Assembly: GCA_001788015.1 (NCBI GenBank)
Contig: MFZO01000044.1
Location: forward strand, 1 to 62,393
Reading direction: 5' to 3'
DNA from: Candidatus Roizmanbacteria bacterium RIFCSPHIGHO2_02_FULL_38_11
GTDB taxonomy: Bacteria > Patescibacteriota > Microgenomatia > UBA1406 > GWC2-37-13
Length of the DNA: 62,393 bases
Part shown: positions 35,376 to 43,816 of the stretch, piece by piece
Position numbering within the stretch: the stretch's first letter is position 1
Layout of the letters: the number at the start of each line of letters is the position of its first letter
Position numbers and translations under genes: made by a program
The notes under the pieces: generated by a model
What the model was told of the DNA's origin: nothing
Databases searched by the model: none
What the model saw: the letters and a program-made list of their open reading frames with translations, nothing else

Positions 35376-37241
35376 ATGAAATTTAGTCAACTGGCCCACT
35401 TTATCGAACAGATCGAAGAAACTTCCTCTCGCTTAACTATAACCAACCTTCTAGCGGAACTTTTCAAAAAATTAAATCGGGAAGAAATTGGAAAAACCGT
35501 CTATCTGCTTCAAGGAAGACTGGCACCACTTTATAATGCGATTGAATTCGGAATGGCGGAGAAAATGATTGGTAGAGCTGTAGCAACAGCTTTACATCTG
35601 GATAAAAAAAAATTTGTACAGCAATTCAAGAAGATTGGTGATCTAGGCGGAGCCACTGAATATTTTAAAAAACAGATGAGATCATTAGAATTAGAAGACC
35701 TGCCTGCCGGCAGGCAGGGTTTGTCTATATTGGAAGTATACGACATTCTTCATGAACTGGCTACAGCTGCAAAAGTTGGATCACAGGATATTAAAGTACA
35801 GATTCTGGCTAAACTCATCAGGCAATTGGATCCGTTATCTTGCCGATATTTGGTTCGCATTCCAATAGGGGTCTTACGCTTGGGATTTTCTGATATGACT
35901 GTTTTAGACGCCTATTCTTGGATGCTCAAGGGCGATAAAAGTCATAGATCCCAAATTGAAAAAGCTTACCACGTAAGGCCGGATCTCGGACAGCTAGGAT
36001 ACATAATAAAAAAAGAAGGAATTTCGGGATTAAAAAAGATTAAGCCAGCAATTTTCACCCCTATTCTGATGATGAAAGCTGAACGATTGTCATCAGGACA
36101 AGAAATTATAGAAAAGATCGGTCGTTGTGCCGTCGAATATAAATACGATGGATTTAGGTTGCAAGTTCATTTCAAGAAATCCGAAATCCGAAATCCGAAA
36201 TCCGAAACAAATTTTAAATCCAAAATTATAAATCCAAAACATAAAATACAGGTGAGACTTTATTCTAGAAATTTAGAGGATGTTTCGTTTATGTATCCGG
36301 ATGTCATTGAAGGGGTAAAAAAGGAAGTGAGAGCAAACGAGATTATTTTTGAAGGCGAGGCAATAGGATTTGATCCGCACTCGGGTAACTTTTTACCTTT
36401 TCAACAGACTGTTCAGAGAAAGAGAAAATACGGCATTGAAGAAAAGGCTAAAGAAATTCCACTGAAGCTGTTTGCTTTCGAGCTTTTGTATCTCGATGGA
36501 AAGAGCTTTCTTGATGTGCCGTATATTGAGCGTCGAAGAGCCTTGGAAAAGTCGATCCAGCTTACAGGTGACATCTTCAAAGACGCGCTGCTTTTAGCAT
36601 CAGAAAATATTCTCGACGACCCGAAGAAACTGGAACTTTTGTTTGATGACGCAGTTTCGAAAGGACTCGAAGGAATCGTTGCTAAAAAATTGAGTGGAGT
36701 CTATAAACCGGGAGCAAGGGAATGGAATTGGATTAAGTTTAAGCGAAGCTACAGCTCTAGAATTGAAGACTCCATCGATTGTTTGGTGATGGGATATGAT
36801 TATGGAAAGGGGAAAAGGGCCGGATTTGGGATTGGCGCTTTTCTGGTTGGAATTTATGACGAAAAACAGGACAAGTTTTTGACCGTTTGCAAAATCGGCA
36901 CGGGACTCTCTGATGAGGAATGGAGAGAGTTAAAAGTTAGATGTAAAAAGTTAGAAGTTAGAAGTAAACCGGCGTTATATGAAGTTGATAAGATGATGGA
37001 GTGCGACGTATGGATTTCGCCATCAATAGTTGTTGAGATTAAAGCAGACGAAATTACCAAGTCACCGGTACACACGGCTGGCAGAAAGCTGAAATCCTCC
37101 AAATCAGGCAAGGCTTTTGAAGTTGATATACCCGGATTTGCTTTACGTTTCCCCCGCCTGGAGCATTTTCGAGATGATAAGCGGCCTGAAGATGTAACGA
37201 CCTTAAAAGAAGTTGATAAAATATATTCACATGGAAAATAA
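35376..37241 (+). CDS. lig: ATP-dependent DNA ligase (archaeal/eukaryotic Lig1-like, three-domain)
   Basis: Motif I EYKYDGFR, EGEAIG, LEGIVAKK, WIKFK; N-terminal DNA-binding domain and C-terminal OB domain lengths fit. Confidence 0.9.
   Translation: MKFSQLAHFIEQIEETSSRLTITNLLAELFKKLNREEIGKTVYLLQGRLAPLYNAIEFGMAEKMIGRAVATALHLDKKKFVQQFKKIGDLGGATEYFKKQMRSLELEDLPAGRQGLSILEVYDILHELATAAKVGSQDIKVQILAKLIRQLDPLSCRYLVRIPIGVLRLGFSDMTVLDAYSWMLKGDKSHRSQIEKAYHVRPDLGQLGYIIKKEGISGLKKIKPAIFTPILMMKAERLSSGQEIIEKIGRCAVEYKYDGFRLQVHFKKSEIRNPKSETNFKSKIINPKHKIQVRLYSRNLEDVSFMYPDVIEGVKKEVRANEIIFEGEAIGFDPHSGNFLPFQQTVQRKRKYGIEEKAKEIPLKLFAFELLYLDGKSFLDVPYIERRRALEKSIQLTGDIFKDALLLASENILDDPKKLELLFDDAVSKGLEGIVAKKLSGVYKPGAREWNWIKFKRSYSSRIEDSIDCLVMGYDYGKGKRAGFGIGAFLVGIYDEKQDKFLTVCKIGTGLSDEEWRELKVRCKKLEVRSKPALYEVDKMMECDVWISPSIVVEIKADEITKSPVHTAGRKLKSSKSGKAFEVDIPGFALRFPRLEHFRDDKRPEDVTTLKEVDKIYSHGK
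36177..36204. repeat. tandem heptamer (AAATCCG) x4 inside the ligase CDS
   Basis: aaatccg aaatccg aaatccg aaatccg read directly; followed by aaatcca-type degenerate copies to about 36240. Confidence 0.85.
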
Positions 37242-37479
37242 TCGATTTTTAAGAGCCTTTTTAATATCTATTTTATTTTTTGCCACTACTCATCTTGTCA
37301 TTTTATATTCTTACGCATTATACAGTAGAGATTTTGAAAGGGCGAATGCTTTTAGGATATTAGACCTCAATCTGTTTTTTCCAGATATTTCTAAGGGCGG
37401 TTTGAGTTTCTTTCTTTCTTACTTTTTCGTTTTGCTAGTGTTTTTAATCGTTTACGTTTTTTTTACTCGACCAAAATAG
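37231..37479 (+). CDS. small membrane protein (82 aa)
   Basis: Two TM helices; the ATG at 37231 overlaps the ligase end by 11 nt. Confidence 0.35.
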   Translation: MENNRFLRAFLISILFFATTHLVILYSYALYSRDFERANAFRILDLNLFFPDISKGGLSFFLSYFFVLLVFLIVYVFFTRPK

Positions 37480-37493
37480 TATAATATTTTTCA

Positions 37494-38309
37494 ATGCAGC
37501 CATTTTTTTCAATTATCATCCCCACTCTAAATGAAGAGCTTTTCGTAAACAAAATTTTAGGCGATCTAGCAAAACAAAAAGTAAAGAATTTTGAACTCAT
37601 TGTCGTTGACGGTAACTCTCAAGATAAAACTCAACAGATGATCCTAAGCTACAAGAAAGAAATGCCGATCACGTTATTAAAGATGAATCCGCCAAATTTA
37701 CCTCTACAGAAAAATCTAGGCGCAAAGCAGGCAAAAAGTCCATATCTTTTGTTTCTTGACGCAGACATGTCTGTTTCCCCTTCATTCACAGGTGTAGCTG
37801 AAAGACTCATAAAAAAAAAGCAGGGGTTAGTGTTTCAACCGTATGTTTTCCCTTTAGAAAAGGGCGATTATCAAGAATTCAATGCTATTTATCCTTTCAT
37901 CAATAAACTGATCGAATTCTCACAAAATTTCAATAAGCCTTTTTCAGCCGGTCCTGCCATGTTTTGGGAAAGGAAGGCGTTTTTAACAATAGGCGGTTTT
38001 GACAATATTTTTGGCGAAGACCATCAGATCATCCGTAAAGCTCATAATTGGGGTATACGCCCAAAATTCCTCTCTCGCCTAAAAGTTCTGTTTTCCTTAA
38101 GGAGGATGAAGAAGGAGGGAAGGTTGCTATCTCTTTATAAATTATTATACTCGCACCTATACTTGCTTTTTAATGAAAAGATGAAAAAGAAAATCATTAC
38201 CTATGAGATGGGGGGACATTTATACAAGCATTTAGACGAACAAAGGAGCAAAGAAGATTTCATTCCCAGAATAAAAAAAATCTTTCGATCGATCCTTCTT
38301 GAACAGTGA
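37494..38309 (+). CDS. family 2 glycosyltransferase
   Basis: FSIIIPTLNEE, VVDGNSQDKT, LFLDADM (DxD). Confidence 0.8.
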   Translation: MQPFFSIIIPTLNEELFVNKILGDLAKQKVKNFELIVVDGNSQDKTQQMILSYKKEMPITLLKMNPPNLPLQKNLGAKQAKSPYLLFLDADMSVSPSFTGVAERLIKKKQGLVFQPYVFPLEKGDYQEFNAIYPFINKLIEFSQNFNKPFSAGPAMFWERKAFLTIGGFDNIFGEDHQIIRKAHNWGIRPKFLSRLKVLFSLRRMKKEGRLLSLYKLLYSHLYLLFNEKMKKKIITYEMGGHLYKHLDEQRSKEDFIPRIKKIFRSILLEQ

Positions 38310-38328
38310 AAAAAATTGCTTACCTGAT

Positions 38329-40032
38329 TTACTCATCGGATTTCACATCGTATACAGTGTAGCCTTCGTTTTCGAATACTTTGGGAAGTTCATAGCGATG
38401 AGGTTTTTCTATTACCAAGTAAGATGCTTTATAGGTTTTGGCAATTCGTTTAAAATCTTCGGCAGATAGTGAGTAGTAAGCCTTAAGCGTTTGCCTAATG
38501 CTGGCGAACGGGTCTCCATTAAATTTTTGGATGACACCAGGAGCAAGTTTTTCAAAACGTTCTTTCCAGGGAGATAATCCTTGAGGAACCACAGCGATTT
38601 CGGCGATGTCGAAAAGAGAAGCGATGGAAGATCGATCTGATCCTACCCGCCACTCAATATAGTAAAACCAGCTTTTGTTAGGTGGCGTGATGAAAACATC
38701 TGTTTTATCGGTTTGACTACGTGCCCACAGTTGGACATCAACATAGGCAGACTTTTGTGGATAGATGTGGATACCCGGTTGCCATACGTTCAACGCGTAT
38801 CCCAGAATTGCTAAAGTTACAAAAGCGATTGGGACTATAAAAGAAGTCAGCACAACCCAATATTGTGAAGAGATAACTTTTCGGATCAATAAAACTACCA
38901 GGAGTACCGCAGGAATTACCGAAAAGATAATCGTAGTAATAAGTAAAACAAAATGGAGATTGTTTATTTTTTTAGTCCCGTAAAGTTTCACAACGTAATG
39001 AGTGAAATAAAGTAGAGCAAAAACGTTGATGAATAATCCTGCTCTGAAGATTTGAGACTGTATAATGATCGTAGAAGGATATATATAAGATGCAAAGGCT
39101 TGAACGACTATAATTATAAAAAGCGCAATCATGAATAAACTGATAGTGGTAGTATGTTTTAATCCAGCCAGGGCTTTTCTTGCAATGAGAAATAATATGA
39201 TGCTGCTTACTCCACCCAGGGTGAGAAGTGGTGCATAGAAGTTTGAGCCAAAAAGGAAAAAAAGATGGTATAGAACTCCACGGCTTACAACCCAAAACCA
39301 TTCAGGATTTGACTCAAGCTGTACAGGTGATCCGCCAAACTTCCAGATTAACACCGGGAGCGCCCCAATTATAAAAGCAATGAATCCAGCTATAATATTT
39401 TGATAGCGTATTTCTCGTATTTTTATCAATGAAGCAAAAAGAAACATGAACAGGACAAAATTTACAGAGACAATATGCAGGTTGTATAAAATCCCAAGCA
39501 AAAAGAAAGCAGATATATAACGTTTATCAAGATATAAATTGATTGCCATAAGAAGAAAAGGTAAAACAAAGATTCTATTGACAAGAGTCCACTCCACTAC
39601 AGGAAAACCAGAAAATCCAATATGGGGCAACATAAACACAAAAATCGTTAAAAAAGAGGTGAGTGGATTGTTAAACAGTTTTTTGCTGATATTCCAGAGT
39701 CCCCAAAACGTCAGATAGAGCACGCCGATGTATGTAACAAACATACTTATTTCAAGAATTCCGAGCTTATAAAAAGGGATGAACAAAAACCAAAAAAAGG
39801 AATAGTGGTGCAGACGCAGATCAATGAAATAATCGTTTGGATAAAGCGAAGGATCTGCGAACTTTTTTAAAAAGGGAATATGAGAAGCTTGATCAAGTGT
39901 GCCGAAGTAATAACCCATCGTAAGAAGACTGACAAGAGTCGCCACTGCAAATAAAATATGCTTTAACAAAGAATATCGCCAAACTGACAGACTGATTGAT
40001 TGTAATCTTAACGTAATATTTTTCACAAACAT
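38329..40032 (-). CDS. polytopic membrane protein with C-terminal soluble domain (GT-C-like topology)
   Basis: 567 aa with about 12 TM helices followed by about 130 aa hydrophilic; neighbours are GT2 and YYY-type proteins. Confidence 0.5.
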   Translation of the reverse strand: MFVKNITLRLQSISLSVWRYSLLKHILFAVATLVSLLTMGYYFGTLDQASHIPFLKKFADPSLYPNDYFIDLRLHHYSFFWFLFIPFYKLGILEISMFVTYIGVLYLTFWGLWNISKKLFNNPLTSFLTIFVFMLPHIGFSGFPVVEWTLVNRIFVLPFLLMAINLYLDKRYISAFFLLGILYNLHIVSVNFVLFMFLFASLIKIREIRYQNIIAGFIAFIIGALPVLIWKFGGSPVQLESNPEWFWVVSRGVLYHLFFLFGSNFYAPLLTLGGVSSIILFLIARKALAGLKHTTTISLFMIALFIIIVVQAFASYIYPSTIIIQSQIFRAGLFINVFALLYFTHYVVKLYGTKKINNLHFVLLITTIIFSVIPAVLLVVLLIRKVISSQYWVVLTSFIVPIAFVTLAILGYALNVWQPGIHIYPQKSAYVDVQLWARSQTDKTDVFITPPNKSWFYYIEWRVGSDRSSIASLFDIAEIAVVPQGLSPWKERFEKLAPGVIQKFNGDPFASIRQTLKAYYSLSAEDFKRIAKTYKASYLVIEKPHRYELPKVFENEGYTVYDVKSDE

Positions 40033-40051
40033 AAGTTTACAGCATACAATC

Positions 40052-40837
40052 TTAAGTAATTTTAAATGTGGAGATTATCGGGTAATGGTCAGAAAATTTC
40101 ACCTCTATTCTTTCGGTTTTTAGCATTTTTAGATTTTTGAAGAATGTGTAGTCTGTTTTTACTCTACCGTTAAAATATTTTCTGAGGATTTTTGCAGCTA
40201 ACTCCTCAATCAAACCATACTGTGCAAACTTTTTATTTGGATATCTAATTGTGTAACTTATGTCACTAGTTGCTTCTATGAATCGATATTGCGTCATCAG
40301 GTTTTCTAATTTTTTTCTTCTGTAAGGAAAGTAATTAAAATCTCCTGTTATGATGATCGGTAGTTTTGTGTCTTTGACTGCATGATTTAATACTGTTTGG
40401 AGTTGTCTTGTCCGCGTACGATTTATTCCAACTACGGATAAATGGGCGTTATAGATCGCCACTGTTTTTTTATTTTCCGCTAATAAAAAATCCGTTCTTA
40501 GAATTGTTCGGGGTTTACTCACTTCCTTGAGTATTTTTACGATTGTGGTAATCATTTCATATACGCTTTTTGGAAGATTAAAAGAATCGCTTTTGACGAA
40601 CTCTATTTTTTTTGCCTTAAAATATGTAGCTACTCCATAAACTTTGCCAAACTTTATGAAAGAATTTGAGTAGTCAGCTAATTTATATCCAAACTTACCG
40701 AGTTTCCCCAAATTTTCTTCATTCGTGTCGACTTCCTGTAAACAAAGAACGTCGGGTTTATATTTGGATAGAATTTTCTCAAGCTGTATAAAAGCCTTGC
40801 CGAACAAGACGTTGTAAGTAAGGAGTGAAAAGATCAT
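40052..40837 (-). CDS. endonuclease/exonuclease/phosphatase (EEP) family protein
   Basis: LLTYNVLFG, VLCLQEV, ITGDFN, SDHYPI. Confidence 0.8.
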   Translation of the reverse strand: MIFSLLTYNVLFGKAFIQLEKILSKYKPDVLCLQEVDTNEENLGKLGKFGYKLADYSNSFIKFGKVYGVATYFKAKKIEFVKSDSFNLPKSVYEMITTIVKILKEVSKPRTILRTDFLLAENKKTVAIYNAHLSVVGINRTRTRQLQTVLNHAVKDTKLPIIITGDFNYFPYRRKKLENLMTQYRFIEATSDISYTIRYPNKKFAQYGLIEELAAKILRKYFNGRVKTDYTFFKNLKMLKTERIEVKFSDHYPIISTFKIT

Positions 40838-41000
40838 ATCGTGGTTATATTATACAAAAAGATTAAAATAATACTAAAATCAGGTATGCACAAATTGTCC
40901 ACAATATTAGAGACAAAATATATAAGGCTCCAGGAAGCCACCTTTTCTCTATAATTTTCTATAGGATTATCTTATAGAAAATATTTTATTTCTATAGGTC

Positions 41001-41029
41001 TTGACAATTATTTAACAATAGTTTATAGT
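41001..41029 (+). promoter_or_regulatory. sigma-70 consensus promoter: TTGACA, 17-nt spacer, TATAGT, then 6 nt to the ATG
   Basis: TTGACA at 41001-41006, 17-nt spacer, TATAGT at 41024-41029, ATG at 41036. Confidence 0.6.
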
Positions 41030-41035
41030 TTAGTT

Positions 41036-41188
41036 ATGAATAAAAATATCCTTTTGCAAGAATCTAAAAAGTACAAAAATAATCCTGAATATCCAGATAG
41101 AAAAGAACTAATGAGATTTGTTCGGCAGCAATTTCAATTATTAATGAAGAAAAATCTGCGAGTACCTGTAAAGCTATATCATTTATAA
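41036..41188 (+). CDS. small basic protein (50 aa), orphan
   Basis: MNKNILLQESKKYKNNPEYPDRKELMRFVRQQFQLLMKKNLRVPVKLYHL; below the ORF-track size cut-off; bracketed by a consensus promoter and a terminator. Confidence 0.45.
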   Translation: MNKNILLQESKKYKNNPEYPDRKELMRFVRQQFQLLMKKNLRVPVKLYHL

Positions 41189-41205
41189 AATACAGAAAAG
41201 TACTA

Positions 41206-41265
41206 AAAAAAGAGCATCACTACCGCTCGTATTAGGGGACGACGAGTAGTAATGCTCTTTTTATC
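41206..41265. terminator. bidirectional rho-independent terminator
   Basis: A-run, then AGAGCAT(C)ACTAC..TCGT stem, loop, ACGA GTAGT(A)ATGCTCT, then TTTTT; serves the small ORF (+) and the YYY gene (-). Confidence 0.65.
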
Positions 41266-41357
41266 CCGAATATAGTGTGGACATCAGACATCCTTTCGGG
41301 ATTCAACAAGAACAATAGCAAAAAGATTTTATTTTGTCAATAATGAGATGAGTCTTT

Positions 41358-43676
41358 TTAAAAAAATACTTTATACAGAGCCCCAAAACCATTTGAAGAC
41401 TTAAAGATTAGTTCTCCTAATTTAGAAAATTTTCTTTCGTTTAATTTTTGATATTTCTTTTTCTCGATTGTTGAAATAACTATATAATTTACTTTATATT
41501 TTTTAATAAGCGACAAAGTAAGGTCAATATCAGGCGATTCGTAAATATTTACAACGTCATTAATTCTATTACCTACAGTATCGGACGATCCTCTCCAAAG
41601 CCATTCGTGTACCCACCATCCAGCAACAGTTGGTAATCCCGTATAGGCAGAAACTCTTTCATAATCAGTATAGGAATCTCCTTGAGCTTCAAGGATGTTT
41701 GGTTGTCCCTTGATGTTTGAGTTTATGAAATCAATAATTTCTTTATCTTCAGAAAAAATTTCTTCTTTCTCGTCAAAAAAGTAATGCTCTAACCACTTGG
41801 AACCGTCTAACTTTATAGGACGATCAAGTTGGCCATAATATGACGGAATGGAATAGAATGGATAGATAGCAATGAAAAAAAAGAAAAAAACAAAAATAAA
41901 AGCTAACAAACGGCTTTTTATCTTGTCAAGAAGCTTTATTTTAGAAAAAGTATAAGTTGAGGCTATGCCCATCATAATAAAGGCCTGATAACCCAATTTA
42001 AACATCGTGTTGGCACGGAAGTGGGTTGGGTAAATGTCTTTGATATAAAAAAATTCGGGGATGATAATTAAGAATGTTCCGAAAGCAAAAAGAATGAAAG
42101 TGAATTGATCAATTGCTTCATTATCCCATTGTTTCATTGATTCTTTTCGGTTTTTAAGAAATTTTATTGACATAAATATAATAAAATTTATCCAGAAGAA
42201 GCCCCAAAGGACAGGAAGCATCCAGATTGGAGAGACTTGACAGTTGCCTTTCTCGAAAAGGAAAGGACCTAATTTTTTGACATTTACTAAAAATTCCGGA
42301 CTACAATTGACACCGATGCCTGTTACAAACGGCTTAAAGTTAATTGAAAAAGGTAAAGAAAATAAAACAAATGAAACAATCAGGAGACCAATATGGATGA
42401 GCAAGGCCTTCGTCAGTCGATAGAGAAAGAATAAGACGATTATCGTCAACAAAATGTAAATTGGCCCGTCAAAAGCGTTGGTCATATAGTGAACAGCGGT
42501 AAGAAAACCTAGGAAAATAGTAGTTAGTAGTGAGTAATTGATAGTTAGCAATTTAGGGAGATTAAGAGATAGTGAGATTGAGAAAATAGAATTACTTTTA
42601 GTTTTAAGATTTAAATTGTAATTTTGAGCGTTGTCCCGCCGTTGGTGGAATGAGTTTTGAGTTTCTGCTGGGTCGAGTTTAGATCTTACTAATAAAATGA
42701 ATAATATAGCTAACGTAAGTAAGACAAACGGTATAGCAAACACGTGTCCATGCAGGTCGGCTACTACCCAGGAATAAGATGGGAATTCGTGAATAGTCTC
42801 GGGAATGAACCGTGTTGCGTTGGGATACCAATATTTCGTTGGATTGTACCAAGATAAAATTTTCCAAAAAGGAATGGGGCTTTCGTTGGGATAGCCTTTT
42901 GTGAAAACATAGATCGTATGTAGGTTGCCGCCTAAATTGACGATAAAACTTCCAAGTAATCCAAAAAAGATCAATTTTCCAAAATGTAGAGAGCTTTGAA
43001 CTTTTGCTTTAACTTGAGAATAAAAACTATAAATAATGCCAGTTATAAATGAAAAAGTCTGTGTTACCGATAGGGCAAAAATTGTAGCTAAAATTAAATT
43101 ATAGCCAACAGCCGACTTCACTCCAGTTAATTTAATCAAGAACGCCGCTGTTAAATGCCCAAAATAATAATAATTTATGAAGTAACCATTGGGGTTTGAT
43201 TGATCGGCGGAAAGCCACATATCTAAAGGTGGGAAATATCTGGATCGTAAAATAGAATTCATAAAACCAAAGTCCATAAATTTCTCGAGTCCTCGAATCG
43301 ACGGTTCTTGCCCACGAATAAATGTCCAAAAGAATAAAGCAATTAAAAACAGAAGTTCTTCAAAAACAATAAGAAAGATAGATTGTCGATTGTTAACCGT
43401 TGATTGTTTATCTCTGTTTTTTTTGAATAAATATATGTTTAACAGGACAAATAAAAAAATTAAAAATAGAAGGTTCGTCCGAGAAAACTCCACAATTTTT
43501 AAAATTCCCAACACAAAAGCGGCATAGCTTAAAAAAAGAATTGCCAATATTTTTGCAAAGGCATACCCGAGATCGGGAAAAAATCTTCCAAAAATTTTCT
43601 GCGCTAAAGGAAAGAAGATGATACCCAAGATAAGAAGTATTACGTACCACTGCAATGTTGTGTATATCCAGTCCAT
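41358..43676 (-). CDS. DUF2298 / YYY-motif membrane protein (putative glycosyltransferase-like)
   Basis: NGYFINYYYFGH signature; 772 aa with about 15 TM helices and a C-terminal soluble domain. Confidence 0.72.
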   Translation of the reverse strand: MDWIYTTLQWYVILLILGIIFFPLAQKIFGRFFPDLGYAFAKILAILFLSYAAFVLGILKIVEFSRTNLLFLIFLFVLLNIYLFKKNRDKQSTVNNRQSIFLIVFEELLFLIALFFWTFIRGQEPSIRGLEKFMDFGFMNSILRSRYFPPLDMWLSADQSNPNGYFINYYYFGHLTAAFLIKLTGVKSAVGYNLILATIFALSVTQTFSFITGIIYSFYSQVKAKVQSSLHFGKLIFFGLLGSFIVNLGGNLHTIYVFTKGYPNESPIPFWKILSWYNPTKYWYPNATRFIPETIHEFPSYSWVVADLHGHVFAIPFVLLTLAILFILLVRSKLDPAETQNSFHQRRDNAQNYNLNLKTKSNSIFSISLSLNLPKLLTINYSLLTTIFLGFLTAVHYMTNAFDGPIYILLTIIVLFFLYRLTKALLIHIGLLIVSFVLFSLPFSINFKPFVTGIGVNCSPEFLVNVKKLGPFLFEKGNCQVSPIWMLPVLWGFFWINFIIFMSIKFLKNRKESMKQWDNEAIDQFTFILFAFGTFLIIIPEFFYIKDIYPTHFRANTMFKLGYQAFIMMGIASTYTFSKIKLLDKIKSRLLAFIFVFFFFFIAIYPFYSIPSYYGQLDRPIKLDGSKWLEHYFFDEKEEIFSEDKEIIDFINSNIKGQPNILEAQGDSYTDYERVSAYTGLPTVAGWWVHEWLWRGSSDTVGNRINDVVNIYESPDIDLTLSLIKKYKVNYIVISTIEKKKYQKLNERKFSKLGELIFKSSNGFGALYKVFF

Positions 43677-43694
43677 TATAAAAAAATAAAAAGA

Positions 43695-43747
43695 TCCCTC
43701 ACCTATAGCTTAGCCAGGTGCAGTCTTGCGCCTGGCTTCGGGATGAC
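43695..43747. repeat. partial hairpin element (right half ends in GGGATGAC)
   Basis: ATCCC..AGCCAGGtgcagtcttgcgCCTGGCT..GGGATGAC. Confidence 0.55.
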
Positions 43748-43816
43748 GGTTGATTAATGATTGCCGTCAATTTTTTATTATATAATACAACACAACCTAA
43801 AAGTAAATATGGATAT

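Noticed and set aside
38765-39301. ORFs at 38765-38983 (+) and 38972-39301 (-, different frame)
   Set aside because: They are embedded in the 567-aa polytopic membrane protein CDS, which has coherent TM periodicity.
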